The position numbers were made by a program, and so were the translations under genes. From Cycas panzhihuaensis (Eukaryota > Plantae > Cycadophyta), in NCBI GenBank assembly GCA_023213395.1, contig CM041465.1:147257741-147321740 (forward strand): a stretch of DNA of 64,000 nucleotides, written 5' to 3'. The notes beneath the pieces were generated by a model. That model searched no databases, was not told where the DNA came from, and saw nothing but the letters and a program-made list of their open reading frames with translations. Below are positions 1 to 12,652 of this stretch, in pieces. Position 1 is the stretch's first letter. Each line of letters opens with the position of its first letter.

Positions 1-2474
1 TACGACTCTAATTTGTCCGTAGTGGATAAATTTGAGTTTCCCCTAGTGCAAAGAATAGACTACCCCTATTTGGTCTAGCCAAGGTTGACCCAAGAGAAGG
101 TTGTAATTGACAACAATGTCTAAGACTACAAGGTCAGTTTATATAGTCTCTTCTTCTAAAGTGAGAGGCAAGATGATTGTTCCAAGGGGCGCCTTCTTAC
201 TTTCGTCATACCCTTAACATTTCCAAGGGACATGCTCAAGAGCTTTGATGCCTAGCTTTTCTAGCATATATACTAGCATGGCATTTACAGAAGAACCATT
301 GTCCACAATGATCCTTTTCAAGGCAAATTTAGGTGTCTCATTATGGTAAAAGGATAGTGCTAATGAAGTTACTTATCCTTAGTAGAAGGGAGATCCCATG
401 GGTTGAATATGATGAGAGGTGACCCATATGAGGAGGTACCCACATCGTAAATAGGAGAGTCAGTTTACCGCAAGGTCTGTAGGAGAAAGGCTCTTTGGTT
501 AAGACAACTATGCAGAACATCTGTCATGGACATCCTTGTGGAGATGGTGTGGAGTTCCTCAATGATTAAGAAAGCCTTCCCTTTCCCTATGGATTAAGGG
601 ATGGATTGCCTAAAATTATAATGTTCCAGTCATATTGGTATGGTCTTGGGCACAACCAAGATCTTTGTTAGAGGATTCTCTAAGGAGTGTTATTATTGCA
701 AGGTGGAGGCTTCTCTGGGCTCCTTCACTACTTGTGAATGAGTGATAGGCATACTTGAGTAGTCTTAAGTAGCTGAATAATCCTCTTTACCTTAGTATTG
801 GGTTGCAAGGATGGTGTGGGTGCTATAGGTCTCGAAGGAGAAGATGAATCAATTGGGGCTTTGCCTGTGGGTTGATTTGAGGGAAGAGGAGGTGTCCCCT
901 TGCGAGGGAGTGGGCAAACCCTAACCTGTCGTTTTGTTGTTGGGGTACTTAATCCTGCTCTTCATGATTAGGAAATGGACCTTGGTGGATGGGTTGCTCC
1001 AAGTTAGATTTGGAAGGAGTTTGGGATGGAGGATCATGCGGCAAATCTAGCTCAAGGTGTTAGGTCCAACACCTTGAGTTATCATGAGTAAATTCACCAT
1101 AGATTGCATACCACTTCTTTTCAGGGAGAGGTCTTATCCTCTTCCCTTATTGAGTGGCTTCATTATTTAGCAATAAGGTTTGGTTAGTCTGGTGTACCTA
1201 ATGATAGCCTTATGAGGAATTATGTGACTCAGATATAGATTGAGCTTGTTACAACTTTAAATCTTTAATTATTCACTTGAAAGAGTGAACAATAGATGTA
1301 AGGGGATCTAAGGTCTTATCAGTAGTATTGACAAAGGGCCTAGATAGTTGTTGTTGCCTCTTTTAGTCACATGGGGGAGGTGGTTCCTCATGATATTATA
1401 TATTCCTATTAACCTTTTTGAGATCAACTTGGATCTCAATAGATTCAAGGTCCAAGCACTTGGCTATGGCCGAATCACATGTAGTCGCTCCTATTTTAAG
1501 GACTTCAAAGTGGACCTCAGGGCATAATGCATTCACAAATATGTCTCGCTTTAAATTCTCTAGCAACGTGGCCTTAGAAGAATTAAAGAGATCATGGAAC
1601 CTACAAACAAAGTCCTAGTTAAGCTTATCTTAGCCTTGATTGAGTGAGAGAAGGGCTTTAGCCCTGCTTTCAAATGGCTAAGCAACATCAAAGTAGTTGA
1701 TAAAGGAGTCAATTAATTGTTGGAAGGTCATGATAGAATGGGCAAGCAAATGATAAAACCACTTGAGAGCATCCTCTTGGAGAAACCTAGGAAATAGCTT
1801 CATCAAGATATGGTCATATGCCCAATAATCAATACACACCATGGCAAATGCCATAATGTGATCTGTCAGGTCCTAGGAAGAAGTTCCATCAAATTTAGGC
1901 ACTTATGGAGGGTGAGGTAGATTCATATGCAAACCCTCCATAAAAAGTGAGCTCAACCTATAATCAATAAAGGGCCATACCCTTGGTTGAATTAAAGGGT
2001 CAGAGGAAGGATAGGTGGGAGTTGGGTATGGGTACCTCGGTCTGACATATGGTGGGTAAGAAGGTGTTGTGTAAGGATTATATCCATGTTGATATGGAAC
2101 ATATGAGGGCATGGTATATAGGGTTCTTCCTAGTTGATAGGGAGGGATTGCTCCTAAGTGTGAGTATGTAGAATAGAAAGAATGAAGAGGGTGCCTTAAC
2201 CCTCCTTGTAGTTACATAACATAAGTGAGGAAACATGAGTTGATACTCCCTAAGGAATGGACATATAATAGGGTGGCACATAGGAAGCCATTGGTCCTCT
2301 TTAAGAGGGAACCAAGGGTGGAATTGATTGGTTCATATGGGTAATAAGATGTGGTAATGGGTTTTACCCAAATGCCCCCCCTAAAAGGGGAGCCACTCCA
2401 TAGGGGTGGAGTGGGTCCATCCCATAGGTAGGTAAGGGGTTGGAATCCCTATATTCCTATGATTGGGAAGTATA
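1..2474 (-). mobile_element. Ty3/gypsy (Tat/Ogre-like) retrotransposon remnant: degraded gag C-terminal part and aspartic protease; runs off the window start
   Basis: Minus strand ~1895-1690 reads FDGTSS*DLTDHIMAFAMVCIDYWAYDHILMKLFPRFLQEDALKWFYHLLAHSIMTFQQLIDSFINYF (Retrotrans_gag-like). ~330-250 reads FALKRIIVDNGSSVNAML..LEKLG (gypsy protease DxGSS motif). A Pro/Tyr-rich low-complexity gag segment is ORF 1903-2112. Confidence 0.8.
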
Positions 2475-2685
2475 TGAAAGAGGTTAATATATCAAGGTTA
2501 TTTGTGTAGATTAATTAAGTGGCATTAGGATATATTATTAACATAAAGATGAAATCTCAAGGAGGGAGTCATTATTCATTTTCACCTCTAAGGTTTGCTC
2601 TTATATCTTGTTTCATCTCTTTTTCATTCTCCATTACCATTGTGTGCATGTGAGTGATTTATTCCCTAAATCTATCATTCCTTCA
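2475..2685 (+). repeat. 5' LTR of element D (211 bp, internally deleted)
   Basis: TG...CA termini, followed by PBS; aligns to 16821-17131 apart from ~100 bp. Confidence 0.9.
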
Positions 2686-2687
2686 TG

Positions 2688-2699
2688 TGGTATCAGAGC
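2688..2699 (+). promoter_or_regulatory. Primer binding site (initiator tRNA-Met) of element D
   Basis: tggtatcagagc, 2 nt after the LTR end; canonical plant iMet PBS. Confidence 0.92.
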
Positions 2700-2999
2700 A
2701 AGCTTCCTTTATATTCCTCATTTACACTTACAATGGAGCCATCACTTCCTTTTCCCCCATAATCCATATGGTGAAGGAGATTGTAAAAGTGGATTTTTAA
2801 GTTTTTATCATAGTATATTTAGTATTGTTTGCTTTCCCTTTCTCTTTTGCAGGTTTAAAAGCACAATATAAGGAGTTATAAGGCCTGAGGATTCCAATAT
2901 TTTAGTAGCTATTTATGCTATCTCATTCTTCTTTTCTTTCCCCTCTTTCTGTCCATTTAATAAGGTAAAATTCTACCCAATTTTTTCTACCATTTAGAA

Positions 3000-4980
3000 G
3001 AATATTTATAAGGAGAGGTTCTATCCATTTCTTTTAAGAATTTAGAGCCCACTTGTAACCTACACCCATCATACCTGTAACAGCTACAACACTTGCTTCT
3101 GGTGGAACTGCTCTAATAGATCCTATAGGTGTTGTAACCAAACTACAATGGGAGATAGATGATAAAAAGATTCATATAGAAATTCTATTGGTTATTGATC
3201 ACTCCTTGTACAACTTAATTAATGAAGAGCAACATGATATAGCCTAGAAGGTCTTTGAAGTTCCTAAGAAGAACTTTTATACCAAGTCAGACTTAAAATG
3301 TGTTCATCTTATTTTGAAAATGAATAATTTAAAAATATAGAAGGGACAACCTCATGAGACAATAAATTTTCTTCAACCATAAAATAGGTAATTAACAAAT
3401 ATTTTAAGACTCAATGCATCACTTGGGCATTATTGATCAAATCATGTCTACATGACCTTGATTATAAAAACTTGCTTGGAAGCCTTCAATCTAGTGGAAC
3501 ATTGAAGTCACTCAACTTTGAAGCATTATCGAGGAGTTCATAGAATTTGATATGACTTTTCATACCAAATTTATAGCCTCTAACTCTCTTCCAGATGTAG
3601 CGTTTGAGGTATAAGAAAAAGCTTGCTACAAAAAAAATTAAGGTTCCTCTCATGGTAAAAGAAATGATCGAGTAAGAGGAAGAGGAAGAAATATGGGAAA
3701 CCATCCACAAGGTCAACCAAACCCTCGATCATAGCCTCGACAATTTCAAGGCCAAGGCCCACCTTAACAAAAAGTAAGACAGTCAGGCCAAACTAGTACT
3801 CCTTCAGGGATTGGTAATCAAATTATTATGTATAATCGATGTAACCATAAAGGACACTTTGCGAAATACTATAGAATTGCCACTTATAAGTTGGCTAAGT
3901 TCCAACCATAACATGGAGCTCATAATGTTGAAGAAACTTGTGAAGAATCCTTTAGTGGTGTAACATTTTCAAAGATTTGAAGGATCTTCAATATCAAATG
4001 CCATTAACCAAAAAGAGAGATACTTTGAAGCTCGATGTGGATATATCACTTGTGAATTCCCTTTACCAATGCCAAGTCCTATTGGAATTGCAAATAGTGT
4101 TGCTTCAATCAATGGATAATGAATCATGGACATAGAAGCAACTCAATATATGACATGCAATCGTAGTTTATATCAAATATTTGACTCAAATGTTTAAGGA
4201 GTTGTTCACATGGCTGACAAATCATAATAACCTATTAAAGGAATTATTAACATTTGCCTGAAACTCCCAGGCTTAAGAGATTTTATATTGCTTGATGTCT
4301 TATACATACTCAATATCAAATAAAACCTGCTCTCCTTATCCACACTTGTCTCTTATGTATTTAATCTAAGTATAACTGCAAATGACCAGACTCTCTAAGT
4401 CATTCACCCTCTAACTGATTAAGTGGTCTTGACTAGACATATCACTAACAAACTCTTTTGACTGAATAACTCTACAACTTCTGAAGCCCATTATGCCCAA
4501 AATTCTTGTGCTGATGAAGAATTTGCATTTAATACCATCCTAACCCCCCCAACATTGTCACTAGAAGCTCTTTGGCATGCTTACATGGGCCATGTTCACA
4601 GTGATAGACTTAGAGATCTTTGTAACATGCTTCCAAGTCTTCCAAAGTTCTCCTCTAAGCCCTTTAAATATAAAGCTTATATTATTGCCAAATTTCATTG
4701 ATAACCCTTTTCTAAAAATCAGTAGAAATTGAGCCATCTATTGCAACTGGTATACTTTGATTTGTATGGACCAATGCGCATTCCTTCACTAAAGGGTGAC
4801 TTATATTATATCTCTTTCATTAATGATTTCACTAAGAAAGTATGGGTAGCTTTTCTATATAAAAAAGATAAAGCCTTCTGTGTATTCAAAGAATTCAAAG
4901 CCTGCATTGAAAAAAAGTTAGATTATTAACTTAAATATCTTTAAACTGATAATGGTGGCAAATATACCTCACATGAGTAG
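3000..4980 (+). pseudogene. Element D gag / protease / integrase N-terminal half (many stops)
   Basis: Decayed zinc knuckle ~3830-3875 (..RCNHKGHFAKY); protease motif *IMDIEATQYMT ~4120; LWHAYMGH ~4570; ORF 4729-4929 LQLVYFDLYGPMRIPSLKGDLYYISFINDFTKKVWV. Confidence 0.85.
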
Positions 4981-6359
4981 CAATGATGCAAAAATAAATG
5001 TTGTGATGAGAAGGCAAATAATGATTAAGTATTTTCAACAACTATGAAGAATGAGTATAAGCAATGATTCAAGAATGAGGCCTAATGTGGAGCTAACAAA
5101 GAGTGGTGATGTATCATGCTGATAACTGCTAACTTATGTCTAAATATAGGTGAGGTTTTGATGTCTAAGGCTTCTAGTACATGATTAGGACCTTCACACG
5201 CAATACCTGCACCTACGATTTGTGATGAAATCCAAGTCACATTAGAGCCCAGGTACTCTCAGTCCTTACCTAATTCACCAATGAGTAGTTATATACCTCC
5301 TCTAAATAGTCAAATGGTACATGCGTATCCCACAGTTATGATGGATATTGGTCTAGGTTAATTTTAATCTTGCGTTAAGGTATTAGTTATCTTGGTCAGT
5401 TATTAAGATAATCCCTGAAGGGAGCCTATAGGTATGGCCGACCTATCGCTCCACTAATATTTTGGTTAAGACTAGGCGTAGTATGAAACTCACACCTCCC
5501 TTAGGGCCTAGACTTCGGCTAACTATAATCTATTTCAACTAAGGTAAGTGTGCACATAATTCAAGAATTTGTGGCATAAATCAAATGTAATGGATTCATT
5601 TTAGGAAATATAAAAATTTGTTCATGTTTATATTACTAAAATGAATTGCTAATGTGTTGATGCTTGCTTTTATGCTTTTGTCTATCAATGTGCATACATA
5701 TAAACAAATATACAAAGATGTTAAGTATAAACACCATACTTTGCTACGATCTAAGTGTTTTACTATTACAATAAGATTTTTTTTTTGCTTTGACTATTTG
5801 AAAAACACCTCCTTTTTTTTGTTAAAAAAATGAAAAAAGCAAAAAACTTAAAAATTTACTTCTAAACTTAAATTTTAACCAAGAGAAAAAGTACTAGGAA
5901 AAGTAAGAGGAATCTGAATCTTTTGTCAGAAACTTCTATATGGCCATGCAACTATATGAAATGACTGGAACATTTTGGTTCGAAACTTCACTCTCCCAAA
6001 TGATAGATCTTACTATGGTGAATTAAAAAGTCTTCTGGTAAAATTTCTGAAAATGAGTAGAAACAACCTAAAACTTGATGAAACTCCTATTAAACTTTTC
6101 TTGGCAGAAATCTAAATTTTAAAGAAATCTTTCCCTATGGTGTATCAAATCTAATAAAACTTGATTTGTTAGATTTCTTGATGTTAGATCTACTAAAGCC
6201 CTCAAGAAATTTTGACATGCATTAAAAATTTAGAGAAATTTCTCAAAAAAGTAGTTAGATTAAGGTTGACTAAACTTCTATTTTTTTAAGCCAATCGAGA
6301 CAGAATTTAGAGATAGTGTAGAAGACAAAGATGTTTATCTTGCTTGGGCGACTCTCCTT

Positions 6360-6733
6360 GAAATTTTTTTGCCAAAACAGACAAAGTCACTTATCTCATA
6401 ATCTTTGTGGATAGCATGCTAGTAATGGGTAACAGTGAACAGGTAATAAGCCAGCTTAAAAAGGACCTTGGCAAAATGTTCGAATTATTTGGCCTTGGTT
6501 TGGTAAAATATTACTTAGGAATTGAAGTAATACAAAAGAATGAAAATTTTTTCATCTCCTAAGAAAAATACAGCAACGATCTTCTAACTAAGTTTTAGTT
6601 AGAAGATGCTTGTCCAGTGGCTTTACCTATGGACCCTAATACTAAACTTTCAACTGATGGTGGCATTAGGGAGGCAGATGCAATACTCTATAGGAAACTT
6701 GTAAGTAGTCTTATCTACACTACCAATACAAGG
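6360..6733 (+). pseudogene. Element D reverse transcriptase, middle part
   Basis: TYLIIFVDSMLVMG (YVDD-equivalent), GLVKYYLGIEV, LYRKLVSSLIYTTNTR up to the insertion of C. Confidence 0.85.
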
Positions 6734-7099
6734 TGTTGTTTACGTAGAAGTAGAGTGAGACATTAGACTGAGCACATTTTAAGTTAACAAGATGTTTTCT
6801 AATGATGGCAGTGTTAATAAACACCAAGGAGGTATTCCCACCCCTTAAATAGATTTTTGGGGAGGCAACACGTGCCATCACCCGACTTGCATGTTAGCTG
6901 AAAAAATATTCAAACTATATTAAAAAAATAATATTTAATAAATAATGCACATACCTTAATAATATTTTGTCAGCTCTATGTCCCTTTAGCGGCTATTGGG
7001 AGGCTTTAGGTGCCCTAGGGGGCCTCAAAGGTGGCTTTAAGGGGTCCTAGGTGCACAGTTCTTCAAATACATTGGGGTTAATCTCAATATTCTCCCCCA

Positions 7100-10000
7100 T
7101 AAACCCAATGTAGACGACTCCCAAACTTTCTCTAAACTTCTAGAATTTGATATTTCCTAAAGCCTTTGTAAATTTTTTTGTTATCTGATCTTCGGTGTTG
7201 CAATAAGCTAACTCGATCTTGTCTACTTGTATAAGTTCCCGAATCAAGTGGTGTTGCATCTCAATGTATTTTATTCTACCATGGAATACTAGATTTTTAG
7301 TCATTTGGATAGTGCTTTAATTGTCATACCAAATTCTAATGGGACCTTGTTGTTTAATCTAAAAATCTTGTAAAAGTTTTCTTAGCCATATTGATTCACA
7401 AGCTTCTACAACTGCTGCTTTATATTCTACCTCGGTTGTAGATAAGGAGACAGTATTTTACTTCTTTATACTCTGAGCTACTGTTACTAATCCCATACTA
7501 AATACATAACCCATTGTAGACTTTCTATCAACAACATCACCTACCTAATCTGAATCTTTGTAGCAAATCAACTAAAATTTGGAGGTATTTTGTAATATAA
7601 CCCAAAATCTGGAGTCCCTTTAAGGTATCTAAGGATTCTCTTGGCAGCTTGCCAATGAGAGGTTTTTGGATCCTGCATAAACCTAGACACAGCATTAACT
7701 AAGTGTGTTATATCTGGTCGAATAGATATCAAATATATTAAGCTGTCAATGAGTTGTCTATAGAGAGTTGAACCAATCGAAGTTAAATCATCCGTCTTAG
7801 ATAGTTTGATTCTAGTTTCTTCTAGGGTTGCCAATGGTTTGTAGTCTATCATTATGAACCTTTGTAGTAGATCCAATATGTATTTGTATTGAGAGATGAA
7901 AATTCCCTATTTATCCTGCTTGACTTCTAATCCTAGGAAGTAATGCATAAGGCCTAAGTCAGACATCTTGAATTCCTTACACATAACATATTTAAATTGT
8001 TGTAAAAGATATGAGTCATTTCTGGTATAAACTAGGTCATCCACATAAAGACCTACAATCAAGATTGAACTTCCCTTGATTTGAGTGTATAAGTTTAGAT
8101 CTGCGTAAGATCTCTCAAATCCTTGATCTTTAAAATACTTGTATATGTAGGAATACCAAGCCCTAGGTGCTTGTTTTAGACTATATAATGTATTTTTTAA
8201 TTTATACACTTTGTTCTCTTCTCCCCTAACTTCAAAACCAAGGGATTGAGTGATATAGATGTCTTCTTTGATATATCCATTTAGGAAAGCACTTTTCGTA
8301 TCCATTTGATAAACTTTCCAACCCATTTGGGCTGCTAAACTCATCATCATTTGAACAAATTCTAACCTAACAACTGGGGCAAATGTTTCTGTATAGTCTA
8401 TGCCTTCTTTTTGAGTATATCCTATTGCAACCAATCTAGCTTTATATTTGTCGATAGAGCCCTCTGAGTGGAACTTGGTCTTATAGACATATTTTATGCT
8501 AATAATTTTTTTCTTTGGTGGTAAGTCAACGAGTTCCTATGTATCATTCTTAATAATGGACTTATACTCCTCTTCCATGGCTTTCTTCCAACATTCATGT
8601 TGATTAGCCTTAGTAAAGGTTTGAAGCTTATGAGTTTCTAGTACCTTGCTCATTAGGGAAAAGTTGACCCTATGTGAGCATGTGGATCTTTTATCGCTCT
8701 CCAAGATATCTCTCAAGTCATGGTTACGATGAACCCATTTAAGTAAGTATTGTGGTGGAGATTTGAGATGAAGTTTCCTCCTTACTCGATTCATGGATAC
8801 TTCTCCACATAAGAGGCACATATTTAGACTTATAAGATGTGCCAAACTTAATGACAATCTCCTTCTTCTTTTCTTGATTATCTTGGTAGTAGGTGTCTTC
8901 CTGAAATTTGACATCTCTACTCACTATAACTTTTCTTGATTTTGGATCATAAACCTTGTAGGATTTAGAAGATTTACTATAGCCAATGAAGATACATTTA
9001 ATACTATGGTCATCCAACTCGGTTCTTCTTTGATCAGGAATATGGACATATGCTAGACATCTAAATACCCTGAGATGATATATACTTGGTGTTTAACCAG
9101 TCCATGCTTCTTCTGGAGTTTTCCACCTAAGAGCTTTGGTGGAACATCTATTAAGTAAGTAGACAGTTGTATGAACTGATTCAACCCAAAATTATTGGCC
9201 CAAGTTCTTATCTTTAAGCATACATCTTTCCATTTCAACTATAGTTCGATTCTTCATTTCTGTTACACCATTTTATTGTGGGGTATAGGGGGTGGTGAAT
9301 TGTCTCTTGATCCTATTGTGGGTATAATCATCCTTAAAAGTATTGGATGTAAACTCTTCCCCATTATCTGATCTTAGAGATAGGATATGATATCCACTTT
9401 CTCGCTCTACAAAGGTTTTGAAGTCAACAAAGTGGTTGAAAACATCTAATTTATATCTTAGAAAGAAAATCCATATCTTCCTTATGAAGTTATCAATGAA
9501 GGTGAGGAAATATTTTGCACCTGCTAAGGAGAGAGTAGTCATAAGTCTAGAGATGTCTATGTATACTAATTGAAGAGGGGCAGATGCTTAATGGCTATAA
9601 TCTAGAAAGCTTTCTCTATGGTGTTTACCAAGAAGGCATCCCTCAAACAAGTTTTTTATTGACATCAATATGTGGTAAACTATTAACTGTGTCCATCCTT
9701 TTCGTAAGAGTCAAGTTGTTATAGTTAAGATGACCAAACCTTCTATGCTACAAGTCACTATCCATGGTAGTTTAGGTTCTGAGGGCATAGGTATCTGAAG
9801 GAGTGAGGATAAGCTTAAATAGACGATCCTTAGTCATTTTTCGTTTGGCAACAATAACTTTATTTTTCTTCTTATCTTTGATAAGATATTCACCATTGTC
9901 AAAAATCACATTGTAATCTTGTCCCATCATCTGTCCTACTAAGAGTAAGTTCTTCCTTAGGGAAGGGACATATAAGACATCATCTAAGTGTCTATATTCA

Positions 10001-11330
10001 CCTATATCAGTCATCAAAGCTATACTACCTTTCCTAACAGATTCATGGGAGATATTATCTCCAAGCATGATGGATCCTTTTATGTTTTTATCCAAGGTCT
10101 AAAATAAATATTCTTTGTTGGTTATGTGGGTTGAGCAACCTGAATTGATGTACTAGTTATCATCATCTTCTTCCTTACCAGAAAAACTAGATAGAAATAA
10201 TCTATTATTAACCTTTGATTCAAATGAATTTTGAGCATGTCCTCTAGATGGTGGTCCATATTTTGAGAAGCATTTATCTTCATTGTTACCACTTCTATGG
10301 CAATAAGTATAATACAATGGATCTTTTCTTCCATAGCTTAGGCTTCTACTCCTTGGATGAGAGTGATCAATATTGAAGGATCTTCCCCTTTCCTCATAAG
10401 ATTGATGAGGGTTGTCTCTTAGTCTATTGTCATGATATGCCTAATTTGACCTTGAATATTAAGAATTCCCTTGGCAATTTGGATAGCAAGTATGATTCTC
10501 AAATTATCTCCTTTGATTGATATTTCTTAGAGGGTCTTCATGTTGTTGGGGTCCTTCTTGCATCCTTTAGTGAGGGGCTTAATATCTTGGAGGGTCTTGT
10601 CTAGTATCCCTTTGAGGATTTCCACATTTTCTTCTTAGAGGTGATTCTTTTTGCCTTGAGGTTTCTACTTGAGAGTTAGATTGAATGTAGGCCTTTGTAG
10701 CAAAGGCATGTTCTAGAGATTCATTTATACTTTGTTATTCTTATATAGACACAAGCATCACACTAACTTGTTCTACTTTGAGAGTGCTTAGATCTTTTAA
10801 AATACTGATACTAGTAGCCACCATTTCAAAGCATCTGATAGCTACAACACATCTAAGGATCCTTTCAACTACCCTTTGTTCAGTTAAGGTATCTCTAAGA
10901 GACCTCATTTAGTTTACAATGTCTTAGATTTTGGTCATAAATTTTGTTATGGATTCATTGGGCATCATACGTAAATTTTTAAACTTACTTCTTAAGTTCT
11001 GTAGTTTAGAGGAGGATACTCCTTCATATATTAGCTATAAGATGTCACAAGCTTCTTTTGACTTAACTGATTCACTAACTCATAGAAAAACATTGTCTTC
11101 AAATGCATAGAAGACGAGGGCTAAGGCTTCATTGTCTTTCTTGACATTCTCCTTGTAGGTAGCATTTTCTACATCAGATAGATTTTATCCTAATTCGTTG
11201 TAGCCTGTCTTTACAATTTCCCACATGTCATTAGTTATGAGGATGGATCTCACCCTCCTACTCCAATTTAGAAAATTATTTTCCATCCAATTTAGGGATA
11301 ATCATGTTCCCAAAGCTAGAAGTCATATTG
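7100..11330 (-). pseudogene. Element C gag-pol (gag, zinc knuckle, PR, IN, RT, RH), fragmented
   Basis: ORFs 9772-10095 (PR-distal), 9273-9542 (IN, LRSDNGEEF), 8739-9017 (KCIFIGYS), 7907-8434 (RT: GIDYTETFAPV, QMDTKSAFLNG, YVDD), 7568-7876 (YRQLIDSLIYLISIRPDI); knuckle YCHRSGNNEDKC ~10270-10310. Confidence 0.93.
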
Positions 11331-12513
11331 AACTAAAGTTTTATTAATCAAAGGTGACAAATAATTTTGCAAAGTTAAATTTAAATATCAAAAAAAATAT
11401 TTGAATTAAAATTTTAAAAAAACGTTTTAAGTGTGAAATCTACTTCCAAATATAACCTAAGGTTTTACCCAAAGTTTTGAATAAATGAACTAGTACCTAT
11501 TAAGGCTACTAGGCTCTAAGTTCAAGTTTCTCATAGGGTAACCTTCAGTCATTATCCTATCTAGTGGTGCCTGCCCACAGATAGAAAAATAGGGACCCAA
11601 TATACTAGTACGTGAGCACTAAGCTCTATATACCTCAATACACAGACTACTAAGAAGGCTTTTACACCCCCCTAAATTATTTATCCACTTATGCCAGACT
11701 TATGACTAGCGACAAATCTAGCGGTGAAAGTTCTCGAACCAAGGCACTCACCCTCTCCAGGTATAGCCTTAGTCTCCAAACACCATAAATGAAATAGGTT
11801 CTTCACCTCAACCTAACACCAAATACACTTGATAGCTAATGACTATCATTAACTAATATGAGTAGGCTGATTAGCATATGTAGGGTGGTAACTTTAAGGG
11901 ACCTAACTGTTCCCCTTACTAGGTTGGAAAAAATGGTGGTTCAATTTGGGATTATCTTTTTAATATGAAAAATTTTAATTATTAGTGTGGTCTTGCTTAA
12001 GTTTTTGAATGATTCTTTTTATGCAAAAAAGAGAATAACTTGAATGAAATATAATGACCTCTAAGCAAGATGAAATAAACAATGGACTCATGAAAGAAAT
12101 ATGCAAGTAATTACTTTCCAAAAAAAATGTAATGCCCTTAAAAGTGAAATGTACCTATAGAAAGCAAAGCGTACTACCAACTAGATACAACCTTTATAAG
12201 TGCAACAAGTGTATGAACTTTTCAAGTGTATGCCTTTAAAATAAATTAATAAACTTATAATGTATAATTTCAAATACACTTTGAAATACAATGATTATAT
12301 GAGCAAATTTAGAAAGTAACTAAGATCCTTTAAATATGCAGATCTAAAATAAAACTTCTTGATGATGAAAAAATAAAAAAGATGTTAAGCTTTTGATTTT
12401 TCAAATGAATAAACACAAACTTGAGCAAGAGAATGACCTTCTTTTTTAATGCAAGATTAATAAGTATTCATTTTGTCTATGATGAAGATATATGATGCAG
12501 GAAATCTAACATT

Positions 12514-12567
12514 AATATATATATCTATATATCTATATATATATATATAGATATATATATACATACA

Positions 12568-12617
<50 letters not shown>

Positions 12618-12620
12618 CAC

Positions 12621-12651
<31 letters not shown>
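12514..12651. repeat. Compound (TA)n/(TACA)n microsatellite
   Basis: Direct reading. Confidence 0.95.
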
Positions 12652-12652
<1 letters not shown>

